A stretch of DNA of 64,000 nt, taken from positions 119,759 to 183,758 of IMG/VR virus record IMGVR_UViG_3300021962_000025, one strand, 5' to 3'. The position numbers were made by a program, and so were the translations under genes. The DNA is from a virus. The notes beneath the pieces were generated by a model. It saw only the letters and a list, made by a program, of their open reading frames with translations. It had not been told where the DNA came from and did not search any database. Shown here one piece after another: positions 42,019 through 52,100 of this stretch. Positions within the stretch are counted from its first letter, which is position 1. Each line of letters begins with the position of its first letter.

Positions 42019-42646
42019 ATAGGTCCTTCCTATTATAACCTTTCTTTTCCAAAAGATTGTAAAGTTCTTTTCTTTGTGAAGTGGTAATATCCTTTACAAA
42101 AATAAAATTACCCTTCCCCGATCTTAATAAATCCGACTTTAATAATTCAAAAAGTCTTTCAGAGTCATGTAAGTTTTTGTTACCAAACATTCTTACATTA
42201 TCTTCTATTTGGAGGAATAGTTTCGTGTTTAAGGTGAAGACTTGGGATATCTCCGTTACCTGATCAAATATTTCAAACAATTCATGGTAACGTATCCTTT
42301 TCTTATTATCGTGATCGTGAATTTTTTCCTCCTGCCAATAGGGAATCATTTCTTTCATTCGATACCCCTTAGTATCGACACCTACGTCGATCAACCTACC
42401 AAACTCGTCTCTTTTCGTTATAGTCTTATTCTTAGCCCACCTATTATCGGGGTAGATAAGTGCCAATTCGTAATCTAATTTTAAATTACGTTTACCCCCA
42501 TACTCCTTAACGTAGGGTGGTTTCTTCTCTGTTTTTAGTTCATACCACAGATCACGAATAGAGGCAATACTGATTGTCTGATAAATCAGTTTCTTACGTT
42601 TCTTATTACAGAAAAGTATAATCTTGTATTTCCTTTTTTTACTCAT
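41999..42646 (-). CDS. hypothetical basic protein, 215 aa
   Basis: Only long credible minus-strand ORF; no competing + strand gene. Confidence 0.75.
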   Translation of the reverse strand: MSKKRKYKIILFCNKKRKKLIYQTISIASIRDLWYELKTEKKPPYVKEYGGKRNLKLDYELALIYPDNRWAKNKTITKRDEFGRLIDVGVDTKGYRMKEMIPYWQEEKIHDHDNKKRIRYHELFEIFDQVTEISQVFTLNTKLFLQIEDNVRMFGNKNLHDSERLFELLKSDLLRSGKGNFIFVKDITTSQRKELYNLLEKKGYNRKDLFRHYSY

Positions 42647-42792
42647 ATCAGGGCAGTCACCAACGAGTAAAGACCGTACACGGAGAGTAGGACCACCATT
42701 AATATAATAATCTTTACTCCCCTCTCTACTTTCTCGTATTCCTTAAGTAACTGTTCTCTCTCCTGTTTCTTTTTACAACTACTACATGCCAT
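42643..42792 (-). CDS. small CxxC plus TM protein, 49 aa (below the ORF-track cutoff)
   Basis: Translated by hand: MACSSCKKKQEREQLLKEYEKVERGVKIIILMVVLLSVYGLYSLVTALI; ATGA coupling to the next gene. Confidence 0.7.
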   Translation of the reverse strand: MACSSCKKKQEREQLLKEYEKVERGVKIIILMVVLLSVYGLYSLVTALI

Positions 42793-42795
42793 AAT

Positions 42796-42826
42796 TAAAT
42801 ATATATCTTTTTTTAGATTTTATCAA
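42796..42826 (-). promoter_or_regulatory. Bacteroidota-type promoter (TTGA-N19-TATATTTA), leftward
   Basis: Read on the minus strand; ATG lies 11 nt after the first T of the -7 box. Confidence 0.7.
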
Positions 42827-42846
42827 TAGAAAGGTTGAATACGTGG

Positions 42847-42877
42847 TTGACTTACTCATTCTTTTTCTTTATCTTTT
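42847..42877 (+). promoter_or_regulatory. Bacteroidota-type promoter (TTGA-N19-TATCTTTT), rightward and divergent
   Basis: Consensus match upstream of the Dam-NusG operon. Confidence 0.65.
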
Positions 42878-42905
42878 TTAATAACGTCAACACAAATTCT
42901 CATTA

Positions 42906-43811
42906 ATGATAAGTTATATAGGAGGTAAAGCAAGGATTGGTAAATGGATAGTGCCCTTCATACCAAAAGACATTGAAACATACGTAGAACCCTTTTCGGG
43001 AATGTTCTGGGTATTCTTCAATATGGATCTTAGGCACTACCCAAAACTGAAGACCGTTGTTTATAATGACTTTAACGGGTTGAACACCAATCTCATGAAG
43101 TGTTCTTTAGAATATGATCGTTTGTGGCAAGTACTTAGTACCTACCCTTGCCAACAACTCGGTGTCGAGGATACTCCACCCGAGTACAGAACGATGTTTG
43201 AGACTTATCAAAAAGAAATATTTGACCCATCATTCGAAATAGAAGAGGGTAAAGAGTTTGAAGTTGCCGCTAAGTATGTTTACGTGTTGACACAAGTGTT
43301 TTCGGGTTCTAAACCCGAGACCTCCACTTACACCGATTATAAAGGTAAGTACAGATGTAAGGTTCTGATTTTTATGGATAAACTTAAAAATCCAAAATAC
43401 AGGGCTCATTTTGATAAGATAACATTTGTTGAGAATTTAGATTTCCAAGACGTTATAGAAAAATATGATTCTCCCGGTACTTATTTCTATACTGATCCAC
43501 CATATTGGAAGACTGAGAATTATTATTCTAATCATGACTTTGATAGAACGGATCATGAGAGACTCGCAGACAGTCTTAAAGGTATTAAGGGTAGATTTAG
43601 TTTATCATACTACGATTTCCCAATACTGTCTCAGTGGTTCCCAAAAATGAAATATCGTTGGGAACAACAAAATTTTAAAAAGTCTGCGGCCGCGAAGAAA
43701 GACGGCACCCAAAATGAGGGTACCGAAATTCTGATAATGAACTATGGTCAGAGAGTATATAGAGAAGGAGAACAACTAACACTTTTCGAAAACCCTAGTT
43801 TCTACCAATAA
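42906..43811 (+). CDS. dam: DNA adenine methyltransferase (Dam/D12 class)
   Basis: YIGGK, YVEPFSG (motif I), FYTDPPY (motif IV). Confidence 0.9.
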   Translation: MISYIGGKARIGKWIVPFIPKDIETYVEPFSGMFWVFFNMDLRHYPKLKTVVYNDFNGLNTNLMKCSLEYDRLWQVLSTYPCQQLGVEDTPPEYRTMFETYQKEIFDPSFEIEEGKEFEVAAKYVYVLTQVFSGSKPETSTYTDYKGKYRCKVLIFMDKLKNPKYRAHFDKITFVENLDFQDVIEKYDSPGTYFYTDPPYWKTENYYSNHDFDRTDHERLADSLKGIKGRFSLSYYDFPILSQWFPKMKYRWEQQNFKKSAAAKKDGTQNEGTEILIMNYGQRVYREGEQLTLFENPSFYQ

Positions 43812-43824
43812 AGATCATAAAAAC

Positions 43825-44340
43825 ATGTCGAGTTTTTGGTATCTGATTAAGGTCTTACCCGGAAAGGAAAGACAAATTGAGGAACAATTTAATACCGAAA
43901 TAGAACTTGGGATCTTAAAAGGAATTTTAAGATTTTATTGTCCTATGGAGAAGTATTTTAAAGTAATAAAAAATAAAAGACACGTTAGAGAGAAAGTGGT
44001 TTATACCGGTTACCTCTATTTTGAAACGGATCACGAGTTAGATATTGATGAGTTGAAGTTCTACTCTCACTTACCCAATATAATGGGTATTTTGGGGGAT
44101 AAAAAACCAGTTCGTTTAAGAGATCGAGAAATAGAACGTGTCTTAAATAAAAAGACAGAGGATTTGTCTACCGAAGTAGAATTCAATAAGGGAGAAGTCA
44201 TAAAAGTAATTGACGGACCCTTTAGAACCTTTGAAGGTGAGGTCATGTCTGTTGAGGGTAATAAAGTTGATGTTGACGTTAAAGTTTTTGGTAGATCCAC
44301 TAAACTAACATTAACTAAGGATCAAATCGAAAAATCGTAA
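43825..44340 (+). CDS. nusG: NusG-family transcription elongation/antitermination factor
   Basis: NGN domain (WYLIKVLPGKE, GYLYFE) plus KOW domain (GEVIKVIDGPFRTFEG...VKVFGR). Confidence 0.9.
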   Translation: MSSFWYLIKVLPGKERQIEEQFNTEIELGILKGILRFYCPMEKYFKVIKNKRHVREKVVYTGYLYFETDHELDIDELKFYSHLPNIMGILGDKKPVRLRDREIERVLNKKTEDLSTEVEFNKGEVIKVIDGPFRTFEGEVMSVEGNKVDVDVKVFGRSTKLTLTKDQIEKS

Positions 44341-44630
44341 TGGATTCTGAGATATTGGTTTACATAAATAAGTTGAGGAAGTACTTCGAAACTAACGGTG
44401 AGGCGAGAGATTATTTTATTTCCAACTTACCTGAAGAACTCTTTATGGATAGAGTGATCGAAGTGGCGGAAAAAAATTTTTATGAGAAGGGTGATCCAAC
44501 ACTATCGATGCCGCAATTTGAATTTATAAAAAAGATTTTAGAGGAAGAGTTGGGGGAACAAAAAGATACTTATAAAGAACCAACAATCTTTATAGATAAA
44601 AGAGGACTACATACGATTATAACAAAATGA
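44340..44630 (+). CDS. hypothetical protein, 96 aa
   Basis: Coupled ORF. Confidence 0.65.
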   Translation: MDSEILVYINKLRKYFETNGEARDYFISNLPEELFMDRVIEVAEKNFYEKGDPTLSMPQFEFIKKILEEELGEQKDTYKEPTIFIDKRGLHTIITK

Positions 44631-45700
44631 TATTACCTGAAAATTATTCATTATTTGAACCAACATACAGTGAGGAAATCGCGGGGGAACAATTATACAT
44701 TTTAAAGTATAAGAAGTTACCCTCCACTTTAGTGGATAGGACCGAATACTCTAATAAAGTAGTCCCCGTTTTTGATAAATTCGGATTTAAAATTTTATCA
44801 AAACTACAGACGGTCAATAACCATAAATCAAAATTGTTAGATAGATCGGGTGAAGAGACTTTGTTTTATTGTGATGAAAAGGAATTACTAATAAAGACAA
44901 AAAGAGAAAAGGGGAAGAAAGAGATTAGGTTTACGTTTTACTATTCGATAGAGAATGGTACGGCAGAAGAACAACTTAGTCTTAAAGAGTTAGAAAAATT
45001 TAGAATTAAGAGAAAAAAATCCAACATCTCCCTTATTAAGTCACACGGAGGATATCTAGATTTGGAGGAATATGAATTAGTTACCCCTAAGATAGATTTG
45101 GAATTTAATTATGGTCAGGGTTTTAATACAATACATAATACCATAGTTAAAAGATTAAATAATAGAGATGATAAAGGTATAGTGCTTTTACATGGTGATC
45201 CCGGTACGGGAAAGACCACATATATTAAGTATTTGACATCTTTAATTAAGGACAAACAAGTCATATTCGTACCACCCATGATGGCGGACTCATTGACAGA
45301 CCCATCAATCATTCCGTTTCTCATGGAATATAGAAACAGTATTCTAATTATTGAAGACGCGGAGAAAGTTTTAGGGTCAAGAGAAAGAGGTAACATAAAT
45401 CAAAGTACCTCCAACCTTCTTAACCTGACTGACGGGATATTAGGTGACTGTTTAAATATACAGATCATCGCCACATTTAACACAAAGAGAGAAAATATTG
45501 ATGATGCCTTTATGAGAAAAGGTAGACTAATTGTGGAACACAAATTTACAAAATTAAATGTCGAGGATACCAATAGACTCTTAAAACACATCGGTAAAGA
45601 CGTTGTTGTTGAGGAAGAAATGGTTCTGTCGGATATATACAATATAGACACGGATGTCTATAAATCAACTAATGAAAGAAGTAAAATAGGTTTTAATTAA
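44627..45700 (+). CDS. AAA+ ATPase
   Basis: Walker A GDPGTGKT, Walker B ILIIEDAE, Arg finger RKGRL. Confidence 0.9.
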   Translation: MILPENYSLFEPTYSEEIAGEQLYILKYKKLPSTLVDRTEYSNKVVPVFDKFGFKILSKLQTVNNHKSKLLDRSGEETLFYCDEKELLIKTKREKGKKEIRFTFYYSIENGTAEEQLSLKELEKFRIKRKKSNISLIKSHGGYLDLEEYELVTPKIDLEFNYGQGFNTIHNTIVKRLNNRDDKGIVLLHGDPGTGKTTYIKYLTSLIKDKQVIFVPPMMADSLTDPSIIPFLMEYRNSILIIEDAEKVLGSRERGNINQSTSNLLNLTDGILGDCLNIQIIATFNTKRENIDDAFMRKGRLIVEHKFTKLNVEDTNRLLKHIGKDVVVEEEMVLSDIYNIDTDVYKSTNERSKIGFN

Positions 45701-45701
45701 A

Positions 45702-46007
45702 ATGAATGATTTAACACAATCAGAGGTTCAAACTCTACAAAAAGAAGGAAAGAAAATTTTATTGGATTTATGGGCTCCGTGGTGCGGACCCTGTAGAATG
45801 TTAATTCCAAGATTAGAAACAATGTCATCTGAATATGATGATATTGAATTTGTAAAAATCAATGTCGACGAAAACAGAGAGTTCGCAATGTCGTTAAGGG
45901 TAAGAAATGTCCCGACAGTTATTATCTTCAATGGAGAAGAGGAAATTGGTCGAATTATTGGGGCAAAATCGGATTCAGAGTACAAAGAAATTCTAAACGG
46001 ACTCTAA
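45702..46007 (+). CDS. trxA: thioredoxin
   Basis: WAPWCGPC active site; NVPT cis-Pro loop. Confidence 0.95.
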   Translation: MNDLTQSEVQTLQKEGKKILLDLWAPWCGPCRMLIPRLETMSSEYDDIEFVKINVDENREFAMSLRVRNVPTVIIFNGEEEIGRIIGAKSDSEYKEILNGL

Positions 46008-46034
46008 AAAATAAAAAATTTTCGTTTTTGACAT

Positions 46035-46064
46035 AGGGAATACAAAAAAGTGTTCCCTTTTTTT
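46035..46064 (+). terminator. intrinsic terminator
   Basis: AGGGAATAC/GTGTTCCCT stem (one G-U pair) followed by a T run. Confidence 0.75.
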
Positions 46065-46086
46065 ATTCAAAGATCCATTTACAAAG

Positions 46087-46094
46087 TATTTATA
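46087..46094 (+). promoter_or_regulatory. putative late promoter element TATTTATA
   Basis: After the terminator, upstream of the fibre genes. Confidence 0.55.
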
Positions 46095-46110
46095 GTTAAA
46101 GTATTTTTAG

Positions 46111-46845
46111 ATGGCGTTACAACAAATATATTGGGAACAGATTGCCACTGAGGACATAACCTCAGGACAAACGGTAAATCTTGGTAACCCCACCGCTTCT
46201 ATATCCAACTTATATGTTGATAGTATTGTCTTAGATGGGACCGAATTAGGGGACTTCATCGCGGAAAACATCAACGCACTAGAACAATACACCTCATCTG
46301 TAAGTGAGTCCTTAGAATTTACGGGATCAAATCTAACAGTTAAGGGAGACCTCAACGTTTTAGGAACATTCACATCAATTAAATCTGAAACAGTAGTAAT
46401 TGATGATAATGTAATAGAACTAAACGGTACTGAGGACACATTTGGTGGTTTATTAATTAAAGATCCAACATCACCTAATACGGTTTCGGGGTCTTTACTT
46501 TGGGATACAGCAAATGACGAGTGGATTGCGGGTCCTGTTGGAAGTGAAATTCCTTTAGCGAGGAAAGACCATTTAATATGGGGTAATTCAGGGTCCTTCT
46601 GGGGAGCAACTACCGACCTACAAGTTACAGGTTCAGTAGTGATAAGGGGGGATCTAAGGGTTGAAGGTCAAACAACCCTACAATCGCAAGATTTAACAAA
46701 AGATTCGTTAATTGTTTCGGGGGCGATGAGTATCCTAAAAAACGAATTGAACGCACAAATTAGATCGGCATCATTATCTATAGAGAATTTAGGAAATTTA
46801 GGGGATAGATTGACAAATTCTGTGATGGATCTTGGAAGTTTCTAA
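46111..46845 (+). CDS. tail-fibre-related structural protein, 244 aa
   Basis: LEFTGSNLTVKGDL...DDNVIELN...SGSLLWD domain shared with the next two genes. Confidence 0.65.
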   Translation: MALQQIYWEQIATEDITSGQTVNLGNPTASISNLYVDSIVLDGTELGDFIAENINALEQYTSSVSESLEFTGSNLTVKGDLNVLGTFTSIKSETVVIDDNVIELNGTEDTFGGLLIKDPTSPNTVSGSLLWDTANDEWIAGPVGSEIPLARKDHLIWGNSGSFWGATTDLQVTGSVVIRGDLRVEGQTTLQSQDLTKDSLIVSGAMSILKNELNAQIRSASLSIENLGNLGDRLTNSVMDLGSF

Positions 46846-46854
46846 TAAGTCAAA

Positions 46855-46862
46855 TATTTATA
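46855..46862 (+). promoter_or_regulatory. putative late promoter element TATTTATA
   Basis: Intergenic, upstream of ATG 46898. Confidence 0.55.
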
Positions 46863-46897
46863 ATAAAAACTAAATAAAAAAAAATTAACAAAAGAAG

Positions 46898-48949
46898 ATG
46901 GCTCAAATAATTAAACACAGAAGAGGTTCGATAGATAGTGTTAAGGCAACCACCACAAGAAACGGTGAATTGTTGGTCGCATCAGGATCAATTTCAGACT
47001 TAGCGGGACCCTTTGTATTCATCGGATCACCCGTATCAACAGATGAGGGGGTCGCAGGAGCGTTTAAACCCACGTCAAAAATTTACTCAGGTACTAACGC
47101 ACCAACAATTGCGGTAGATACCTACGGTTCTATCTTAGATGGTACACCATTCTACGCCTCCGCAAACGAGTCGTTATACATTTTAAATAATGATGGTGTT
47201 GGCAATTCTAGAATGGACCTCACAGGTAACATTGAGGGAAATGTAATCGCGAACGTAACCATTACCTCTCTTACAGGATCAAACGCCAATGTAACTAACG
47301 TCACAGGTGGTACAGTCACTGTAACAAATAACCAAACTATTGGTGGAACTCTTGGTGTAACAGGAAACACTTTAATGGGTGGAACTCTTGGAGTGACAGG
47401 TAATACTGTTATGGGAGGAACGTTAGGTGTAACAGGAAACACTTTAGTGGGCGGAGACTTAGATGTAAGTGGAAACATTACGGGTTCTAATTTAAGATTA
47501 AGTGGAAACGCCGACATTGATGGTAATATCAACTTGGGTGGTAACATCACCGTGGGTGATGCAACAACAGACTTTGTTAAATTCGGGGCAGACGTGTCAT
47601 CTTCAATCATACCCGACGTTAACAATGCATTTGATTTAGGTACCGCATCCAAAGCATGGAGAAACTTACACATTAGTGGTACAGTTTACGCTGAAACAGT
47701 ACAAGCACAAAATATCAACCTTGATAGTATTACCGTTGTTAACGATTTAACGGTTAGTGGTAACACCTATTTAGGTGATGCTGCAAGTGACATCGTTCAA
47801 TTCAACGCGGGTGATATCGAATTCAACAACCTACCCGCCGGTTCTACAACAACATTTGTCGGTTTAGACGGTAACAATAAGTTAATTACTGATAGTCTTG
47901 ATAGTAGAGTTTTAGGGGGTACCTTATTAGATAATGGTGGTACGGAACTTACGGCAACAAGAGTACCATTCGCATTGGACGGGGACTCTTTGGAGGATAG
48001 TGAAAGATTTACGTTTGATAAGAGCAGTAATACTTTAGATGTAAATGGAACAACAATTAGTGATGAGGTTAATGTTAATACCTCTTTAGTTGTAAACCAA
48101 GGTTCTGAATTGAAAGGTGCGGTTGGGATTAACTCAACATTAGCAGTTACTGGATCGGCACTATTAAAAAATAATTTAAGTGTTAATGGTAATACTTCCA
48201 TAACAGGTACAACCTCAATCAGTGGTGCTACCACAATCGACGATACTTTAACTGTAACGGGTGTTGTAGATTTGGAATCAAATACAAACGTACACGGGCA
48301 ATTAACTGTAACAGGAAACACTAATTTACAGGCAAACCTTTATGTTTCAGGTAACTTAGAAGTTCTTGGTTCAGCAACCAACGTAATTCTACAATCACAA
48401 ACAGTAGAGATTGATGATAACATTATTAGATTGAACGCATATTCTCCGTTTGAGAGATACGCAGGTTTTGAAGTAATGGACTCAGGATCTTCGGGCGTAT
48501 CAGCATCCTTAGTGTGGGATTCTCAGTTAGACTACTGGATGTTTGTTTCATCTTCGGGTGAATCATCTAAACTTATCGGTACCAGTGCTGGGGCATACGG
48601 TTCTGAAACTAGTTTGGGGACTAACACCATACCAAAAGGAACTGGTGCGAACACAATCGGTGATTCATTATTAATTGAGGATGGAAATAGGTTAACATAT
48701 AACACAAACGTGTTTACTGTTGACGCCGCCGATGGGGCGACTACTATCAGAGGTAACGTTACGTTGACTTCTGCAGGTGGTACCGACGCAGGTGGTAACA
48801 CATCAGCAATTTTATTCAGAGATAACAATAGTTTGTTGGGTTATGTATCAACATCAGAAACAACAGACGTGTTAGATGGTATCTTAGGTTACAAATCATC
48901 TAACGGAGCATTAGTATTCTCAACCGTAATCGACGGAGGAACGTACTAA
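46898..48949 (+). CDS. tail fibre protein, 683 aa
   Basis: N-terminal IKHRRG...GEL (Mtd_N-like) motif; GGTLGVTGNT beta-helix repeats; C-terminal IDGGTY. Confidence 0.75.
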   Translation: MAQIIKHRRGSIDSVKATTTRNGELLVASGSISDLAGPFVFIGSPVSTDEGVAGAFKPTSKIYSGTNAPTIAVDTYGSILDGTPFYASANESLYILNNDGVGNSRMDLTGNIEGNVIANVTITSLTGSNANVTNVTGGTVTVTNNQTIGGTLGVTGNTLMGGTLGVTGNTVMGGTLGVTGNTLVGGDLDVSGNITGSNLRLSGNADIDGNINLGGNITVGDATTDFVKFGADVSSSIIPDVNNAFDLGTASKAWRNLHISGTVYAETVQAQNINLDSITVVNDLTVSGNTYLGDAASDIVQFNAGDIEFNNLPAGSTTTFVGLDGNNKLITDSLDSRVLGGTLLDNGGTELTATRVPFALDGDSLEDSERFTFDKSSNTLDVNGTTISDEVNVNTSLVVNQGSELKGAVGINSTLAVTGSALLKNNLSVNGNTSITGTTSISGATTIDDTLTVTGVVDLESNTNVHGQLTVTGNTNLQANLYVSGNLEVLGSATNVILQSQTVEIDDNIIRLNAYSPFERYAGFEVMDSGSSGVSASLVWDSQLDYWMFVSSSGESSKLIGTSAGAYGSETSLGTNTIPKGTGANTIGDSLLIEDGNRLTYNTNVFTVDAADGATTIRGNVTLTSAGGTDAGGNTSAILFRDNNSLLGYVSTSETTDVLDGILGYKSSNGALVFSTVIDGGTY

Positions 48950-48973
48950 TATTTAGATTTATATTTTATTACG

Positions 48974-49006
48974 AAAAATCCCTTGAGAAATCAGGGGATT
49001 TTTTTT
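48974..49006 (+). terminator. intrinsic terminator
   Basis: AAAAATCCCTTGA-GAAA-TCAGGGGATTTTT stem followed by T residues. Confidence 0.85.
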
Positions 49007-49025
49007 ATATATTGATATTATAGAG

Positions 49026-49033
49026 TATTTATA
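49026..49033 (+). promoter_or_regulatory. putative late promoter element TATTTATA
   Basis: Between the terminator and the structured leader of the giant fibre gene. Confidence 0.55.
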
Positions 49034-49038
49034 TGTAA

Positions 49039-49108
49039 GACCTATATAGGTCGAATAATAACGTGGTATATACCACTACATATACATAACAGAGATCCAT
49101 ATATATGG
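49039..49108 (+). promoter_or_regulatory. structured 5' leader with three perfect palindromes / AUAU-loop hairpins
   Basis: GACCTATATAGGTC (49039-49052), GTGGTATATACCAC (49063-49076), CCATATATATGG (49097-49108, includes the ATG). Confidence 0.7.
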
Positions 49109-52100
49109 GACAGACAGTTAAACTGCGTAGGAGCGCCGTAGCCGGAAAGAAACCGATTAATTCTCAGTTAGAATTAGGAGAATTATCACTAAACACAACC
49201 GACGGTAAACTATTCTTCGCCAAATCAGGTTCACAGGGACCCACCGTTGAGGAAATAATTACAACAAACGCACAGAATACTGGTTCTTTAGAGATCATTG
49301 GTTCTATTACGGGTTCTAACTTTACTGGTTCGTTTGTCGGTGACGCAAGTGGATTATACAACATCCCCGTTTCAGGAGTTACAGGTTTAAGTCTGGATAA
49401 GATCGAAAATGGTCTAGGTACCGCATCGATCGACAGTGACGGATTACAAGTCAACGTCAGAACTTCAATTACAGGATCTCTTACAGCAACAGAATTTACA
49501 GGTAGTGGTTTAGGTTTAACAAATGTTCCCGTTAATATATCAGGTTCTAGTGACTTAGGTACAATATACAATAGACAATATACTAAATTTCATTTCGATG
49601 AAGCTTCAGGTATAAAAGTCGAAGGTGACTCTACAACAGGGGTTGCCAAAATTTACTTATCTGGGGTTGCGGCCGAAGGGTCACAAACAGAGGGTAGAAC
49701 TGCATTATTAGAAGTGACAAGTGCTAGTAGTACATGGACACTCACACATAACTTAGGTGAAAGATATCCCGCAATAACAGTATTTGACTCTGATGGTAAT
49801 GTAATAATCCCACAAAATATTGAGGCGGTTACCGCAAACCAATTGATTGTGAGTTTTGCATCCCCACAAACGGGTACCGTAAGCGCCACGGTTGGTGGTG
49901 GATTACCAACCATATCGGGAAGTTACGGTGGTAGAGTACTAACGGTAAATTCGGATGGTACGAGAGCGGAGTGGAAGGAAGGGATTCTTAGTAGTTCAAT
50001 ATCCTTTAATACTTACACATCATCTATAGATGGTGTCATTTCTTCAATAGAAAATACCACATCATCCTTCGATGGTAGATTAGATTTATTAGAACTTGAG
50101 TCAGGTTCTATTAGAACCATTTTTAATTCATATACCGCATCAAACACTCTTGTTAATAGTAGACAAGATGATAGGTTAAATGCAATCGAAATCTTTACTG
50201 GTAGTATTGACAATACTTACGCAACTGATGCTGATGTCACGGCGTTAAGAGGTACATTAAATAGTTACACTTCCTCTAACAATGTGACTAATTCTACTCA
50301 AAACGGTAGATTGAGTTCATTGGAGAGTGAATCGGGTTCGATCAGGAGTACATTCAACTCTTACACATCATCAAATAATTCTACAAACAATACTCAAAAT
50401 AGTAGACTTTCCTCTTTGGAAACAAAGAGTGGTTCCTTAGAGGGTAGAGTCGGTTCCTTAGAGACTATCTCATCTTCACACGATGGTAGATTAGATTCTT
50501 TGGAGACCACATCCGGATCACACAATTCTAGAATAAACACTTTAGAGAGTTTCAAAACAAGTGTTGATGGGGGATTGGAATTCACGGGTTCAAATGTCAC
50601 AATAAAAGGGAATCTTTTAGTAAAGGGTACTGAGACGAGAGTTAACTCAACAACGGTAGACTTATCTGACAACATTATCTCTTTAAATGGTAGTGCCGCT
50701 TCTAATGGTGGTATCGAAGTTAGAGACAACACATCCCCTGGATTATTATCGGGATCCTTATTATGGGACGGAACTAACAATTATTGGGTTGGTGGAACTA
50801 AGGGTAATGAGGAAAGATTATTATTGGATAGTGACTTAACCCTTTTAGATGGTAGATTAGACAGTATCGAATCTAAAACGGGTAGTTTCCTTACCTCAGC
50901 GAATTTAAGTACGTTAGAAGGTAAAGTATCTTCTTTAGAAGTTGAGAGCGGATCTATTAGGTCCACATTAAACTCATACACGACATCAAACGATAATCTT
51001 AATTCTACCCAAAACGGTAGATTAAGTTCATTAGAGACTGAATCAGGATCCATCAGGTCTACGTTTAACACATACACATCATCTAACAACAATACAAATA
51101 CTACTCAAAATAGTAGATTAACACTACTTGAGACTTCTACAGGATCACTTAATTTATTTACTGGCAGTATCAACACTACGATTAAATCGAAAATTAATAG
51201 TGATAATGTCCATAGTGGATCTTATTTAGGTACCTCGACAACCTCAAATCTTCCTGAAGGGTCTAACCTTTATTATACAGATAATAGGGTTAAAGGAAAA
51301 TTAAATTCCGAAAGAGTAATATCTGGTTCAATACAGGTTGACATCACCTCAACAACAAACTACAATCTTGTTGATGGTAGGTTGGATAGTATTGAATCGT
51401 TTACCGCATCATTAGATAACACATACGCCACAGATGCTGATGTAACGGGTCTTAGAAATGATCTAAACTCATACACCTCAAGTACGGATAATAGAATAGA
51501 CAGTATCGAATCTAAAACGGGTAGTTTCTTAACAACTGAGACACAAACCCTACAAGATGTTACTGATTTAGGGTCAACAACTTCAAATAGTATAACTGCG
51601 GCGGGTTTAAATACCACCACAACTATTTCGGTTAGTGGAACTAATGTGGTGGATTCGAATAGAAGAATATACGGTACGGGAACGGCATCAAACACAACAC
51701 CGGCATTTACTTTCGCGGGTGACACCGATACAGGTCTCTCAAGAATTGGGACTGACTCTGTTGGTTTAATAGCAGGTGCGTCTCGTAAGTTCTATGTTAG
51801 TGGTACAAACGCATTCTTCCAAAACTTAACGGGAGGGTTACAACTATCCGATGTACCGTTAACTGTCAATAGTGATGCAACAATCACGGGATCAACATTG
51901 GCGGGTTCGTTTAGAAAAATTGGTGGTGTATCCACTGAGTTCCTAAAGGCGGATGGTAGTGTTGATACGAATACCTACCTAACATCACACCCTGTCGTTA
52001 GTGCGGCAACATCATCTAATAATGGTGGAAGAACATATATTCAAGACATATTATTAGATCAGTTCGGACATATCACGGGAATTACTACGGGTACTGAGAC

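Noticed and set aside
42846-42891. GTTGAC...GTCAAC inverted repeat near the divergent promoters
   Set aside because: Only 6 bp with a long gap, which is expected by chance; the left arm is the -33 box.
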